Below are positions 25,770 through 35,048 of a stretch of DNA of 52,269 bases, piece after piece. Source of the stretch: Gemmatimonadales bacterium (GTDB taxonomy: Bacteria; Gemmatimonadota; Gemmatimonadetes; Gemmatimonadales; GWC2-71-9); the NCBI GenBank assembly GCA_035943355.1, contig DASZCG010000251.1, forward strand, positions 1 to 52,269. The letters run 5' to 3'. Made by a program: the position numbers and the translations under genes. The notes under the pieces are model-generated. The model saw nothing but the letters and a program-made list of their open reading frames with translations, searched no databases and was not told where the DNA came from. Each line of letters begins with the position of its first letter. Position 1 is the stretch's first letter.

Positions 25770-27950
25770 GTGCGCCCGCACCTGTCAGCACCGCTCACGA
25801 TTGTGGTCTTGTGTGTTACCGTGTGCGGCGCTGCGCTTCCGCGCCGTGCACCGCGCGCGCCCGCGGAGGATGGCTACGACCTGTGGCTGCGCTATCGGCT
25901 GATCGCCGACACGACACGCCTCAGCGAGTACCGCCGCGCAATCACGCAGCTCGTTGTGCAGTCCGAATCGCCGACGATCAGCGCGGCGCGCGCAGAGCTG
26001 GTCACCGGTCTCCACGGCCTCCTGGGCCGCGACATCCCCACCGCGCGTGACGTGACCCGCGACGGCGCGCTCGTCCTCGGCACGCCCGCGAGCTCGCGCC
26101 TGATCGCCGCCCTGCCGCTCGCCGCGGCGCTGCGCGAGGCCGGCGCGGAAGGCTTCGTCATCCGCTCGATGACCACTGCGGGTCGACACGGTATCGTCAT
26201 CGCCGCGAACGGCGATGTCGGCGTGCTGTACGGCGCATTTCATCTGCTGCGCATGCTCCAGACAAACGCGCCGCTGGCCGGACTCGATGTCGTAAGCGCC
26301 CCACGTTATGGCCTCCGGCTGCTCGACCACTGGGATAACCTCGACGGCACCGTGGAGCGCGGCTACGCCGGCGCGTCGCTGTGGGAGTGGGCGCGCCTCC
26401 CGGACTCGATCAGCCCGCGCTATGCGGACTACGCGCGTGCCAACGCGTCAATTGGGATCAACGGTGTCGTGCTGACGAACGTCAATGCCAACGCCCAGAT
26501 CCTGACCCCCGCACACCTCGCGAAGGTCGCCGCGCTGGCGCGCGTGTTTCGGCCCTACGGCATCAGGGTCTACCTCACTGCCCGGTTCAGCGCGCCGATC
26601 GAGATCGGCGCGCTGGCGACCGCCGATCCACTCGACTCCACTGTCCGAGCCTGGTGGGGAGCGAAAGCCAACGAGATCTACCGCGCGATTCCGGACTTTG
26701 GCGGTTTCCTGGTGAAGGCCAACTCGGAAGGGCAGCCCGGACCACAGGAGTACCAGCGTACGCACGCAGACGGCGCGAACATGCTGGCGGATGCAGTCGC
26801 GCCGCACGGCGGTATCGTGATGTGGCGCGCGTTCGTGTACTCGAACACCGCGACCACCGACCGCGTGATGCAGGCGTACGACGAGTTCGTTCCACTCGAC
26901 GGCGCGTTCCGCCCCAACGTTCTGATTCAAGTGAAGAACGGCCCGCTCGATTTCCAGCCGCGCGAGCCGTTCCACCCGTTGTTCGGGGCGATGCACCGCA
27001 CGCCGCTCATGATGGAGTTCCAGATCACCAAGGAGTACCTCGGGCAGGACACGCACCTGGTCTTTCTCGGCCCACTGTGGGAGGAAGTCCTGCGGACCGA
27101 TACCTACGCGCAGGGACCCGGCTCCACGGTCGACAAGGAGATCCAGGGCATCGCCGGAGTCGCGAACGTCGGCACCGATCGCGACTGGTGCGGATCCGAT
27201 TTCAATCAGGCCAACTGGTTCGCGTTCGGCCGGCTCGCCTGGAATCCCACGCTGCCGTCGTCCGGGATCGCGGAAGAATGGGTTCGGATGACCTTCTCGA
27301 ACGACGCGCGGGTAGTCGGGGCGACGACGCGGATGATGCTGGCGTCTCGCGAGGCTACGGTGAACTACATGACGCCGCTTGGGCTCGCGCACCAAATGGC
27401 CCGCGGCCATCACTACGGTCCCGGTCCCTGGGTCACGGGTGGTCGCGCCGACCAGACGTCCGTCTACTTCAACCGCGCCGACTCGACCGGGTTAGGCTTC
27501 GACCGGACGCCCACTGGAAGCGACGCGGTGCGCCAATACTTCCCGCCTCTGCCGCAGCGATTCGCGAGCCGCGACTCCGTGCCCGAGGCGCTGTTGTTGT
27601 GGTTCCACCACGTGGGGTGGCGCGAGCGCCTGCGCTCGGGCCGCACGCTCTGGGACGAGCTTCTCGCGCACTACCAGGCGGGCGTGGACACCGTGCTCTC
27701 GATGCAGCGCACCTGGGACGGGCTCAAGACCCTGGTAGACGCAGATCGGTTCCGGCGCGTGCAGGATTTCCTCGGCATCCAGGAGGCCGAGGCGCGCTGG
27801 TGGCGCGACGCGTCGGTGCTGTACTGGCAGTCGTTCTCGCATCTGCCGTTGCCCCCGAGCTACGAGCAGCCCGCGCACGAACTCGGATGGTACCGGCAAC
27901 TGCGCTGTCCTGCCGATCCGCGCAAGCCGCGCTGCGCCGCGGTGTTCTAA
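25770..27950 (+). CDS. aguA: GH67 alpha-glucuronidase
   Basis: EDGYDLWLRY is the hallmark N-terminus. Also RLLDHWDNLDGTVERGYAG, GINGVVLTNVNA, GGFLVKANSEGQPGP, and MMEFQITKEYLG. Confidence 0.9.
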   Translation: MRPHLSAPLTIVVLCVTVCGAALPRRAPRAPAEDGYDLWLRYRLIADTTRLSEYRRAITQLVVQSESPTISAARAELVTGLHGLLGRDIPTARDVTRDGALVLGTPASSRLIAALPLAAALREAGAEGFVIRSMTTAGRHGIVIAANGDVGVLYGAFHLLRMLQTNAPLAGLDVVSAPRYGLRLLDHWDNLDGTVERGYAGASLWEWARLPDSISPRYADYARANASIGINGVVLTNVNANAQILTPAHLAKVAALARVFRPYGIRVYLTARFSAPIEIGALATADPLDSTVRAWWGAKANEIYRAIPDFGGFLVKANSEGQPGPQEYQRTHADGANMLADAVAPHGGIVMWRAFVYSNTATTDRVMQAYDEFVPLDGAFRPNVLIQVKNGPLDFQPREPFHPLFGAMHRTPLMMEFQITKEYLGQDTHLVFLGPLWEEVLRTDTYAQGPGSTVDKEIQGIAGVANVGTDRDWCGSDFNQANWFAFGRLAWNPTLPSSGIAEEWVRMTFSNDARVVGATTRMMLASREATVNYMTPLGLAHQMARGHHYGPGPWVTGGRADQTSVYFNRADSTGLGFDRTPTGSDAVRQYFPPLPQRFASRDSVPEALLLWFHHVGWRERLRSGRTLWDELLAHYQAGVDTVLSMQRTWDGLKTLVDADRFRRVQDFLGIQEAEARWWRDASVLYWQSFSHLPLPPSYEQPAHELGWYRQLRCPADPRKPRCAAVF

Positions 27951-27976
27951 CGAGTCTGCGCCGGCCGCTCGCCTGC

Positions 27977-28004
27977 TTGACACCGTTCCGACCAAGGGTA
28001 GAAT
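27977..28004 (+). promoter_or_regulatory. Sigma-70-type promoter upstream of susC-like gene
   Basis: TTGACA (27977..27982), a 16-nt spacer, then TAGAAT (27999..28004). It lies about 88 nt upstream of the SusC ATG. Confidence 0.5.
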
Positions 28005-28012
28005 CGGCCGTA

Positions 28013-28025
28013 GTGATCTTATCAC
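28013..28025. promoter_or_regulatory. Palindromic candidate operator (GTGAT-N3-ATCAC) just downstream of the -10 box
   Basis: Read directly: taGTGATcttATCACc. The GT..AC-type dyad is compatible with GntR/FadR-family operators in general. No second copy was seen in the window. Confidence 0.25.
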
Positions 28026-28091
28026 CTTATGGGTGAGCCGCTGTCCGACTCCCTTCGCCGCCAACGCTCGTTCTCAGGGAGGAACTGCTCG

Positions 28092-31000
28092 ATGAAATCA
28101 TGCAAACTGTTCTGGCTTGTGGCCCTGGCGGCGGCAGGTCCGCTGGAGGGACAGGCCACCGGGCAAATCACCGGCATCGTCAAGAACAGCGACGGTCAGC
28201 CGACCGCGTCTGCGACCGTGATGGTGCGCGGGACGCGGCTCTCCACCGTGACCGGTGAGGACGGCCGCTACACGCTGGCGGAGGTGCCAGCCGGGTCGTA
28301 CACGGTCGTCGCGGCGCTGATCGGCTACGGCTTCGCGACGGCGACGGCCAACGTGGCAGCCGGTCAGGTGGTCCAGCTGGATTTCGCGCTGGAAGCGCGG
28401 GCCGTCCAGCTGGAGGGCGTCACCGTTGTCGGCTACGGTACACAAGAGAAGCGCACGGTGACCGGCGCGATCTCAACGATAACCGCCAACCAGCTGGTGG
28501 AGACGGCGACCTTCAACCCGATCAAGGCGATGCAGGACCGGCTTGCGGGCGTGGACATCACGAACGCCGGCAACAAGCCCGGTGACCAGGCCAGCATTCG
28601 GATTCGTGGCGTGCGGTCCATCACCGCGGGCAACGACCCGCTCATCGTGGTGGACGGCGTGCCGATCGCGGGCCGGCTCGACGACCTCGACCCGAATAAC
28701 ATCGTCTCCATCGACGTGCTGAAGGATGCGGCGTCGACCGCGATCTACGGCAGCCGCGGCGCCAACGGCGTCCTCCTGGTGACGACCAAGGGGGCCGGCA
28801 CGGGCGGCGTGCAGACGGAATTCCGGGCGGGCATGAGTTACGCCGGTCAAAGCCCGTACGGCCTGCCGAAGTTGATGAACAACGACCAATACCTCGCGAT
28901 GCTGCAGGCCGCGGCAACCTATGCGAATCTCCCCAGCGATCCGCAGTCGGTGTTGACGGAGCCCGGACGGTATGCGGCCTATCAGGCGGGGCAGCACACT
29001 GACTGGCAGAAGCTGATCGAACAGACGGGCATCCAGAAAAACGTCATCATGGGGATGAGCGGGCTCTCCGGCGCCACCCGCTTCAACCTTTCCGGCAACT
29101 TCTTCGATCAGAGCGGCACGGCCGTGGGCATCGGGTTCAACCGCGCCACCGGCACCGCCGCTGTGGATCACACGCAGGGCCGCCTGCACCTGGGCATCAC
29201 CGGGAACTTCACGCACTCCAAGCAGACCGTAAACGGCGGGGACGGCCTGTGGGGAGCCGCGCGCCAGCAGACCGGGTTCGGATTACCGCACGACTCCACC
29301 GGCGCGCTGATCACCAACCCCGACGGCGACGCGCTCGCCTACAACCCGCTCAAGTTGGTCGAGGGGAGGGTGAGCGACCTCCGGCGCGACCGCGTGTTCG
29401 CCTCGGCGTTCGCATCGTTCAAGCTGTTCGAGGGCGTGAACCTGCGCGTGAACTTCGGGCCGGACTACACCCAGGCCAGCACGGGCGACTTCACGGGCGC
29501 GGACGTCCAGTTCGGCGGCGCCTCGTACCGCTCCGCTTCCTACAACCAGAGCACCAACTACCAGTACGCCCTGGACAACCTGCTGGAGATCAATCGCGAC
29601 ATCGGCACCGAGCACCATGTCGATGGCACGCTGCTCTACGGGTTCCAGAAGAGCCACTTCACGTTCGCCAACGAAAGCGCACAGCACATTCCCTACGACG
29701 AGGCGCTGTACTACGGCATCGGCCAGGGGGACAACTTCCTGGCGTCCTCGGGCCTGAGTGAGACGGCGCTTGAGTACTACATGGCACGTGGCGTGTACAC
29801 GTTCCGCGATAAGTACACGATCATGGGTGCGGTCCGGCGGGACGGTTCCAGCGTGCTGGCCCCCGGCCATAAGTGGACGACGTTCCCAACGGTCGGGGTG
29901 GCCTGGCAGCTTGGCGACGAGAGCTTCATGGACCGCTTCGGCTGGCTCAACAGCCTGAAGCTGCGCGCCAGCTACGGCAAGACCGGCAACTCGGCCATCA
30001 GCGCGTACCAGACGCAGGGCGCGCTCCTCAACGGGAAGATCAACTTCGGCACGACGACCGCTGCGGCCTACTACTCCAACCCGAACAATCCAGCCAATCC
30101 GGACCTGGGCTGGGAGAAGACCGCCAAGGCCGATGTGGCCCTCGACTACGGCCTCTTGGCGAACCACGTCATCGGCAGCATCGACTTTTACCGGGAGAAT
30201 ACCAGTGACCTGTTGCTGACGCGCAGCCTGCCGGGCACTTCGGGCTACGCGTCGGCGCTGCAGAACATCGGCTCGACGCGCAACTCTGGCATCGAGATGC
30301 AGATCTCGACCATCAACCTGAACAACCCGCAGGGGCTGCAATGGCGCTCGGACGTGGCCTTTGCGCACAACAAGAACGAGATCACCGGACTCGCCTTCTA
30401 CTCGGACACCACACTGTGCCCGAAGCAGGCGCCGCGGTGCGACGCCAACAACGGCTGGTTCGTCGGTCAGCCCATCAACACCGGCGCCCAGACCGATCCG
30501 CTGAACCCAAACGGCGCGTTCGTCGGTGATCCCCAGCGCCGCGTGTGGTACGATTACAAGCAGCTCGGTGTCTGGCAGATTGCGGATTCGGCGGAAGCGC
30601 GGGTGTACGGCTCCAGGCCCGGCCAGATCCGGATCCAGGACACCAACGGCGACGGCATCATTAACGCCCAGGACAAGGTCCTCCAAGGCAGCACGTACCC
30701 GAAGTGGACGGCCAGCATCTACAACCGCTTCAACTACGGCGGCTTCGATTTCTCGTTCCTGATCGCCATCCGGTCGGGCTACAAGATCTGGAATACATAC
30801 ACCCCCTCGCTCTACGGACGGTTCGGCCAGCTGCAGACGTCTTACTGGACGCCCACCAACCCGGACAACGTGAACCCGTCGCCGAACCTGAACGGCACCC
30901 CGCTCGCGTACGGCAACTCCCGCGGGTACATCGATGGGTCCAACTGGCGCATCCGCACCGTGCAGCTCGGCTACACGATGTCGCCGCGGACGGCCACCCG

Positions 31001-31148
31001 GTTGCGCGTGACATCGGCACGGATCTATGCCACCGCGCAGGAGCCGTTCGTGAGCTACAAGTACGACTACTTCGACCCGGAGTCCGGCTACGCCGGCGGC
31101 TCGCCCGTCTACAAGACCCTGCTGATCGGCGCCGACGTGGTTTTCTAG
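28092..31148 (+). CDS. SusC/RagA-family TonB-dependent outer-membrane transporter
   Basis: The start is likely the ATG at 28092 (GGGAGG upstream; the track ORF begins at 28029). Signal peptide, then a carboxypeptidase-regulatory-like domain (GQITGIVKNSDGQPTASATVMVRG...GRYTLAEVPAGSYTV). Plug region (IRIRGVRSITAGNDPLIVVDGVPI, VLKDAASTAIYGSRGANGVLLVTTK). Terminal aromatic residue (VVF). Confidence 0.9.
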   Translation: MKSCKLFWLVALAAAGPLEGQATGQITGIVKNSDGQPTASATVMVRGTRLSTVTGEDGRYTLAEVPAGSYTVVAALIGYGFATATANVAAGQVVQLDFALEARAVQLEGVTVVGYGTQEKRTVTGAISTITANQLVETATFNPIKAMQDRLAGVDITNAGNKPGDQASIRIRGVRSITAGNDPLIVVDGVPIAGRLDDLDPNNIVSIDVLKDAASTAIYGSRGANGVLLVTTKGAGTGGVQTEFRAGMSYAGQSPYGLPKLMNNDQYLAMLQAAATYANLPSDPQSVLTEPGRYAAYQAGQHTDWQKLIEQTGIQKNVIMGMSGLSGATRFNLSGNFFDQSGTAVGIGFNRATGTAAVDHTQGRLHLGITGNFTHSKQTVNGGDGLWGAARQQTGFGLPHDSTGALITNPDGDALAYNPLKLVEGRVSDLRRDRVFASAFASFKLFEGVNLRVNFGPDYTQASTGDFTGADVQFGGASYRSASYNQSTNYQYALDNLLEINRDIGTEHHVDGTLLYGFQKSHFTFANESAQHIPYDEALYYGIGQGDNFLASSGLSETALEYYMARGVYTFRDKYTIMGAVRRDGSSVLAPGHKWTTFPTVGVAWQLGDESFMDRFGWLNSLKLRASYGKTGNSAISAYQTQGALLNGKINFGTTTAAAYYSNPNNPANPDLGWEKTAKADVALDYGLLANHVIGSIDFYRENTSDLLLTRSLPGTSGYASALQNIGSTRNSGIEMQISTINLNNPQGLQWRSDVAFAHNKNEITGLAFYSDTTLCPKQAPRCDANNGWFVGQPINTGAQTDPLNPNGAFVGDPQRRVWYDYKQLGVWQIADSAEARVYGSRPGQIRIQDTNGDGIINAQDKVLQGSTYPKWTASIYNRFNYGGFDFSFLIAIRSGYKIWNTYTPSLYGRFGQLQTSYWTPTNPDNVNPSPNLNGTPLAYGNSRGYIDGSNWRIRTVQLGYTMSPRTATRLRVTSARIYATAQEPFVSYKYDYFDPESGYAGGSPVYKTLLIGADVVF

Positions 31149-31179
31149 GGCCAACCTCACTAAAGGAAAGGGGGATCAC

Positions 31180-33123
31180 ATGAAACGCTTTTTGAATGCC
31201 GGGTTGGCCCTGGTTCTCGTCGGTGGCGCGATTGGATGCGTCGACCTGGACGAGAAGCTGGTGTCGAGTCTCGGCTCCGATTACGCCAAGTCTCAGCAGG
31301 GCCTCACGGACCTGACCAACGGCATCTACGCCGGGGTCCGGGGCTTCAACTTTGGCGACACGTATTACGGCATGGAGATTCTGGGCACGGACACCTGGAC
31401 CGCCGCGGACCAAGTCGCGGCTGGCGGCGCCCAACCGTGGATCTACCTGGATACCTACGACCCGCAATACAACAGCCTGGACGGGTTCCTCAACGCGCAG
31501 TGGCGGGGGGGGTACACGATTATCGCCCGGGCCAATGTGGTGCTGGACAACGGGCCATCGACCCCGATCGGCGGTGTTTTGACGCAGGCGATCAAGGATT
31601 CGCGGTTGGGTGAGGCGCACTTCCTCCGCGCCTGGGCGTACTTCCAGCTGGTCCAGCAGTATGGAGACCTGACGATCAACCTGCACACCGGCCAGCTCTC
31701 GACGGAGGCGGTGCGGGAGCCCGAGGACAGCGTCTACAAGGTCATCATCGACGACCTGAATCAGGCCATCACCCTCCTGCCGGCGACGCAGTCGGATTAC
31801 GGACGGGTAACGCTGGGAGCGGCGCAGCACCTGCTCGCGAAGGTGTATCTGACGCGGGCGTACCGCGACTGGAACACGGCGAACAAGCAGGCGGACTTCC
31901 AGCAAGCGCTCACCCTGGCCAACACGGTCATCAACTCCGGCACATACTCGCTCGTGCCCATCTACGCAGACCTGTGGTGCGGCACGCATCGCGCGGCTGC
32001 CCCCCCCGATCCCGGCCGGCAGGGGTTCTGCGACGTGACCAACGGCTTTTCCGAGAAAAACTCGGAGGTCATCTGGTCCATCCAGTTCTCCTATGACCCG
32101 GTGCAGTACAACGCCCAGAATGGCGGCAACACGGGCACGAACTACAATCCCGTCGTCTTCCTCAGTCAGTATGACGGCGGCGCCGGCGGTTGGGCGGCGG
32201 GGATCACACGCGTGCTGGACGACGGCCGCCCCTTCCGCCGCGTCCGCCCGACGCCATTCGCGATCTCCCTCTTCCAGCAGACGCGCTGCGGCGCTGTGCC
32301 CTGCGATCAGGGCGTGGAGGTGGTCGACACCCGGTTCGACGGCAGCTACCAGACGGTCTGGTTCGCGAATGGGAACGCCACTAACCCGGCGGGCACTTGC
32401 CCGAAGTGCACCAGCGGCGCGCCGATGACCGGCAGCATGTTGCCCGGCAGCCAGGTAGGGGCGGCGGCGGGGTCCGACACCGCCCTGGTGTACCTGCTGT
32501 GGCAGGTGCCGGATAGCTTCCGGCAGGTCAAGGCGTACCGCATCGGCACGCCATGCACCACGGCCCCGAACCTGGACTGCGGCAAGAACAACGACGCGTT
32601 GGGCATGTTCGGCTTCGCCCACTATCCGTCGCTGAAGAAGTTCCAGGACAACGGACGCACCGGCGGCTTCAACGACACCAACGGCGGCAAGGACCGCATC
32701 GTCTTCCGCCTCGGTGAGACGTACCTGATCGCAGCCGAGGCCGCGGTAGGCCTGGGCGACGGGGCGACGGCCGCGGCCAACATCAACGTGCTGCGGGTGC
32801 GCGCCGCGTGTGACCCGGCGCCGGCGAACGCCCCCAAGCTGTGCGCGGTAAGCCATAAGAGCGATCCGGCGATCATGGTCAACGCCGGCCAGATGACGCT
32901 GGACTTCATCATGGACGAGCGGGAGCGCGAGATGTCGGGCGAGCTGACCCGGTGGGATGACCTGCATCGGCCCGGCAAGGACTTCTTCCTCGCCCGGATC
33001 AGGGCGTGGAACCCGTACGCCGCGCCGAACATCGTGGACAAGCATTACCTCCGGCCCATCCCGCAGCAGCAGCTTCAGGGCGTGACGGGGCCGGCGCCGT
33101 ACCCGCAGAACCCGGGCTGGTGA
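31180..33123 (+). CDS. SusD/RagB-family outer-membrane lipoprotein
   Basis: Lipobox GGAIGC. LGEAHFLRAWAYFQLVQQYGDL and FRLGETYLIAAEA are typical SusD helical (TPR-like) motifs. C-terminal YLRPIPQQQL. Located immediately downstream of SusC. Confidence 0.85.
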   Translation: MKRFLNAGLALVLVGGAIGCVDLDEKLVSSLGSDYAKSQQGLTDLTNGIYAGVRGFNFGDTYYGMEILGTDTWTAADQVAAGGAQPWIYLDTYDPQYNSLDGFLNAQWRGGYTIIARANVVLDNGPSTPIGGVLTQAIKDSRLGEAHFLRAWAYFQLVQQYGDLTINLHTGQLSTEAVREPEDSVYKVIIDDLNQAITLLPATQSDYGRVTLGAAQHLLAKVYLTRAYRDWNTANKQADFQQALTLANTVINSGTYSLVPIYADLWCGTHRAAAPPDPGRQGFCDVTNGFSEKNSEVIWSIQFSYDPVQYNAQNGGNTGTNYNPVVFLSQYDGGAGGWAAGITRVLDDGRPFRRVRPTPFAISLFQQTRCGAVPCDQGVEVVDTRFDGSYQTVWFANGNATNPAGTCPKCTSGAPMTGSMLPGSQVGAAAGSDTALVYLLWQVPDSFRQVKAYRIGTPCTTAPNLDCGKNNDALGMFGFAHYPSLKKFQDNGRTGGFNDTNGGKDRIVFRLGETYLIAAEAAVGLGDGATAAANINVLRVRAACDPAPANAPKLCAVSHKSDPAIMVNAGQMTLDFIMDEREREMSGELTRWDDLHRPGKDFFLARIRAWNPYAAPNIVDKHYLRPIPQQQLQGVTGPAPYPQNPGW

Positions 33124-33140
33124 GCTGTCGGCCCGGCACC

Positions 33141-34670
33141 ATGGCTCGAGCAGCAGCAGTGCGGACCTTCGCCCTGCTGCTGCTCTTGGCCGGGCCCGCG
33201 CCGGCGCAGGTCAAGCTGGTCATCAACGCGGACCTCGGCGAGACGGTCATCAGCCGTCACATCTACGGCCACTTCGGTGAAGACCTGGGGCGCAACATCT
33301 ACGATGGCTTCTGGACCAAGGCGGGCCCGCGGGGTGGGGGGGGGCAATGGCACCTGCGCGACGACGTCATCGAGGCGCTGAAGCGGATCCAGATACCCAA
33401 CCTGCGATGGCCGGGCGGGTGCTTCGCGGACTACTACCACTGGCGCGACGGCATCGGGCAACAGCGGCCCACGATGGTGAACACGATCTGGGGCGGCGTG
33501 ACCGAGGACAACAGCTTCGGCACGCACGAATACATGGAACTGATCCAGCGCCTCGGTGCCGAGCCGTTCATCGTCGGCAACGTGGGCAGCGGCACCGTGC
33601 AGGAGATGTCCCAGTGGTGGGAATACCTGCGCGCGCCGCAGGGAAGTCCGCTCGGTGACGAGCGTGCGCGGAACGGACACCCGGAGCCGTACAACGTCCG
33701 CTTCTGGGGCGTGGGCAACGAGAGCTGGGGGTGCGGCGGCGCCATGACGGCCGCGGAGTATGCCAACGTCTACAAGCGCTACGCCGAGTTTTTGCGGGGC
33801 GGCCGACCGTTCCGCATCGCCACCGGGCCCGCGGGCGACGACTACGCGTGGACCGAGACGATGATGCGGGAAGCCGGCCGCATGATCGACGGCATCGACT
33901 TGCACAACTACACGGTGGCCCGCACGTGGGCGTCCAAGGGACGCGCGACCGAGTTCACGGAGCAGGACTGGTTCTCGGCGGTGCAGAAGGCGCTCCGCAT
34001 GGACACCCTGATTACGCGCCATTCCACCATCATGGACCGCTACGACCCTGCCCGCCGGGTCTGGCTCATCGTCGGCGAATGGGGGATGTGGCATGACCCG
34101 GAGCCGGGGGCGCAGCCGGGGTTCCTCTATCAGCAGAACGCACTCCGTGACGCCGTGGTGGCCGGGCTGCACCTGAACATCTTCAACCAGCACGCCGAGC
34201 GCGTGCGGATGGCGAACATCGCGCAGACGGTGAACGTGCTGCAGTCCATGATTCTGACCCAGGGGGATCAGATGATCCTCACCCCGACGTATTGGGTCTT
34301 CGACATGTACAAAGTGCACCAGGACGCCACGCTGCTGCCCCTGTACATCCGGTCCGACAGCTACAGCTTCGGGGGGGATTCCGTCCAGGCCGTGAGCGCC
34401 TCCGCCTCGAAGGACAAGGCCGGGGCGATCCATATCACCCTCGTCAACGTCGACCCGAACAAGCCGCGTACCGTCCAGGCCGACATCCGCGGCGTCAAGG
34501 TCTCCGCTGTCTCGGGACGTGTGCTGACGGCGCCGACGATGCAGGCGCACAACACGTTCGAGCAGCCTGCGGCCGTGCAACCCAAGACGTTCACTGGCGC
34601 CCGGCTTTCCGGCGCCATGCTGAGCCTGGAATTACCGCCGAAGTCCGTGGTGGTGCTGGAGCTTCGCTGA
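33141..34670 (+). CDS. GH51 alpha-L-arabinofuranosidase, secreted
   Basis: The start is likely at 33141 (the track ORF at 33006 overlaps SusD). Motifs HIYGHFGEDLGRNIYDG, LRWPGGCFADYYHW, FWGVGNESWGCGG (acid/base Glu) and LIVGEWGMW (nucleophile region). Confidence 0.9.
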   Translation: MARAAAVRTFALLLLLAGPAPAQVKLVINADLGETVISRHIYGHFGEDLGRNIYDGFWTKAGPRGGGGQWHLRDDVIEALKRIQIPNLRWPGGCFADYYHWRDGIGQQRPTMVNTIWGGVTEDNSFGTHEYMELIQRLGAEPFIVGNVGSGTVQEMSQWWEYLRAPQGSPLGDERARNGHPEPYNVRFWGVGNESWGCGGAMTAAEYANVYKRYAEFLRGGRPFRIATGPAGDDYAWTETMMREAGRMIDGIDLHNYTVARTWASKGRATEFTEQDWFSAVQKALRMDTLITRHSTIMDRYDPARRVWLIVGEWGMWHDPEPGAQPGFLYQQNALRDAVVAGLHLNIFNQHAERVRMANIAQTVNVLQSMILTQGDQMILTPTYWVFDMYKVHQDATLLPLYIRSDSYSFGGDSVQAVSASASKDKAGAIHITLVNVDPNKPRTVQADIRGVKVSAVSGRVLTAPTMQAHNTFEQPAAVQPKTFTGARLSGAMLSLELPPKSVVVLELR

Positions 34671-34673
34671 CGG

Positions 34674-35048
34674 CTATCGGTGGGACAGGATCTGGATCGC
34701 TCCGGCGTTGTGGCCAACCCCCCAGCGCATCGTCGCGTCCACTCCGTTGTAATGCCGGATCGAGACCACCGAATTCACGCTTATGGAACGCATCTCGTCC
34801 ACGCCGCCGAGACGGTTCGCGTCGTAGTAGACCCAGACCTGCGAGGGCTGCTGGAAGCTGTCCGTACCCCTGACGGTGAGCCAGGCGGAGCGCAGCGAAG
34901 CGACCGCGTCGTAGACGTTCGTGAAGTGCTCCCTGAGCATCTCCTCCTGGCTGAGCCGCTCGGGATCAAGGGGAGCGATCTGCTGCACATGACAGCCGAG
35001 TGAGGCGATCAGGAAGGCAGCGGGAAGAAGACGGAGAGGCAAACGCAT
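34674..35048 (-). CDS. Small secreted/lipoprotein-like protein resembling an isolated TonB-receptor plug segment
   Basis: Start at the ATG at 35048 (MRLPLRLLPAAFLIASLGC) or 35066; the track ORF starts at 35117. The C-terminus NVYDAVASLRSAWLTVRG...VWVYYDANRLGGVDEMRSISVNSVVSIRHYNGVDATMRWGVGHNAGAIQILS follows the plug-domain rhythm (xLRxxPGVxVRG...VxVDGxxxxxxxxLxxIxxxxIxxIEVxxGxxAxxYGxxxxxGVIxIxT). Third codon positions are GC-rich. Confidence 0.5.
   Translation of the reverse strand: MRLPLRLLPAAFLIASLGCHVQQIAPLDPERLSQEEMLREHFTNVYDAVASLRSAWLTVRGTDSFQQPSQVWVYYDANRLGGVDEMRSISVNSVVSIRHYNGVDATMRWGVGHNAGAIQILSHR

Noticed and set aside
24788-28036. Long alternative-frame or antisense ORFs over the enolase and GH67 genes (24788..25798 minus, 26381..28036 plus, 26448..27413 minus)
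   Set aside because: No motifs, and the composition is Arg/Pro/Gly-rich. GH67 and enolase signatures occupy the annotated frames.
29283-33045. Two very long minus-strand ORFs (29283..31160, 625 aa; 30730..33045, 771 aa) opposite SusC/SusD
   Set aside because: Same artefact. The composition is dominated by R, A, G, V, P, and there are no domain motifs. The plus-strand genes have clear SusC/SusD signatures, signal peptides and ribosome-binding sites.
33075-34580. 501-aa minus-strand ORF opposite GH51
   Set aside because: Antisense GC artefact. GH51 motifs (GNESWGCGG and others) are unambiguous on the plus strand.
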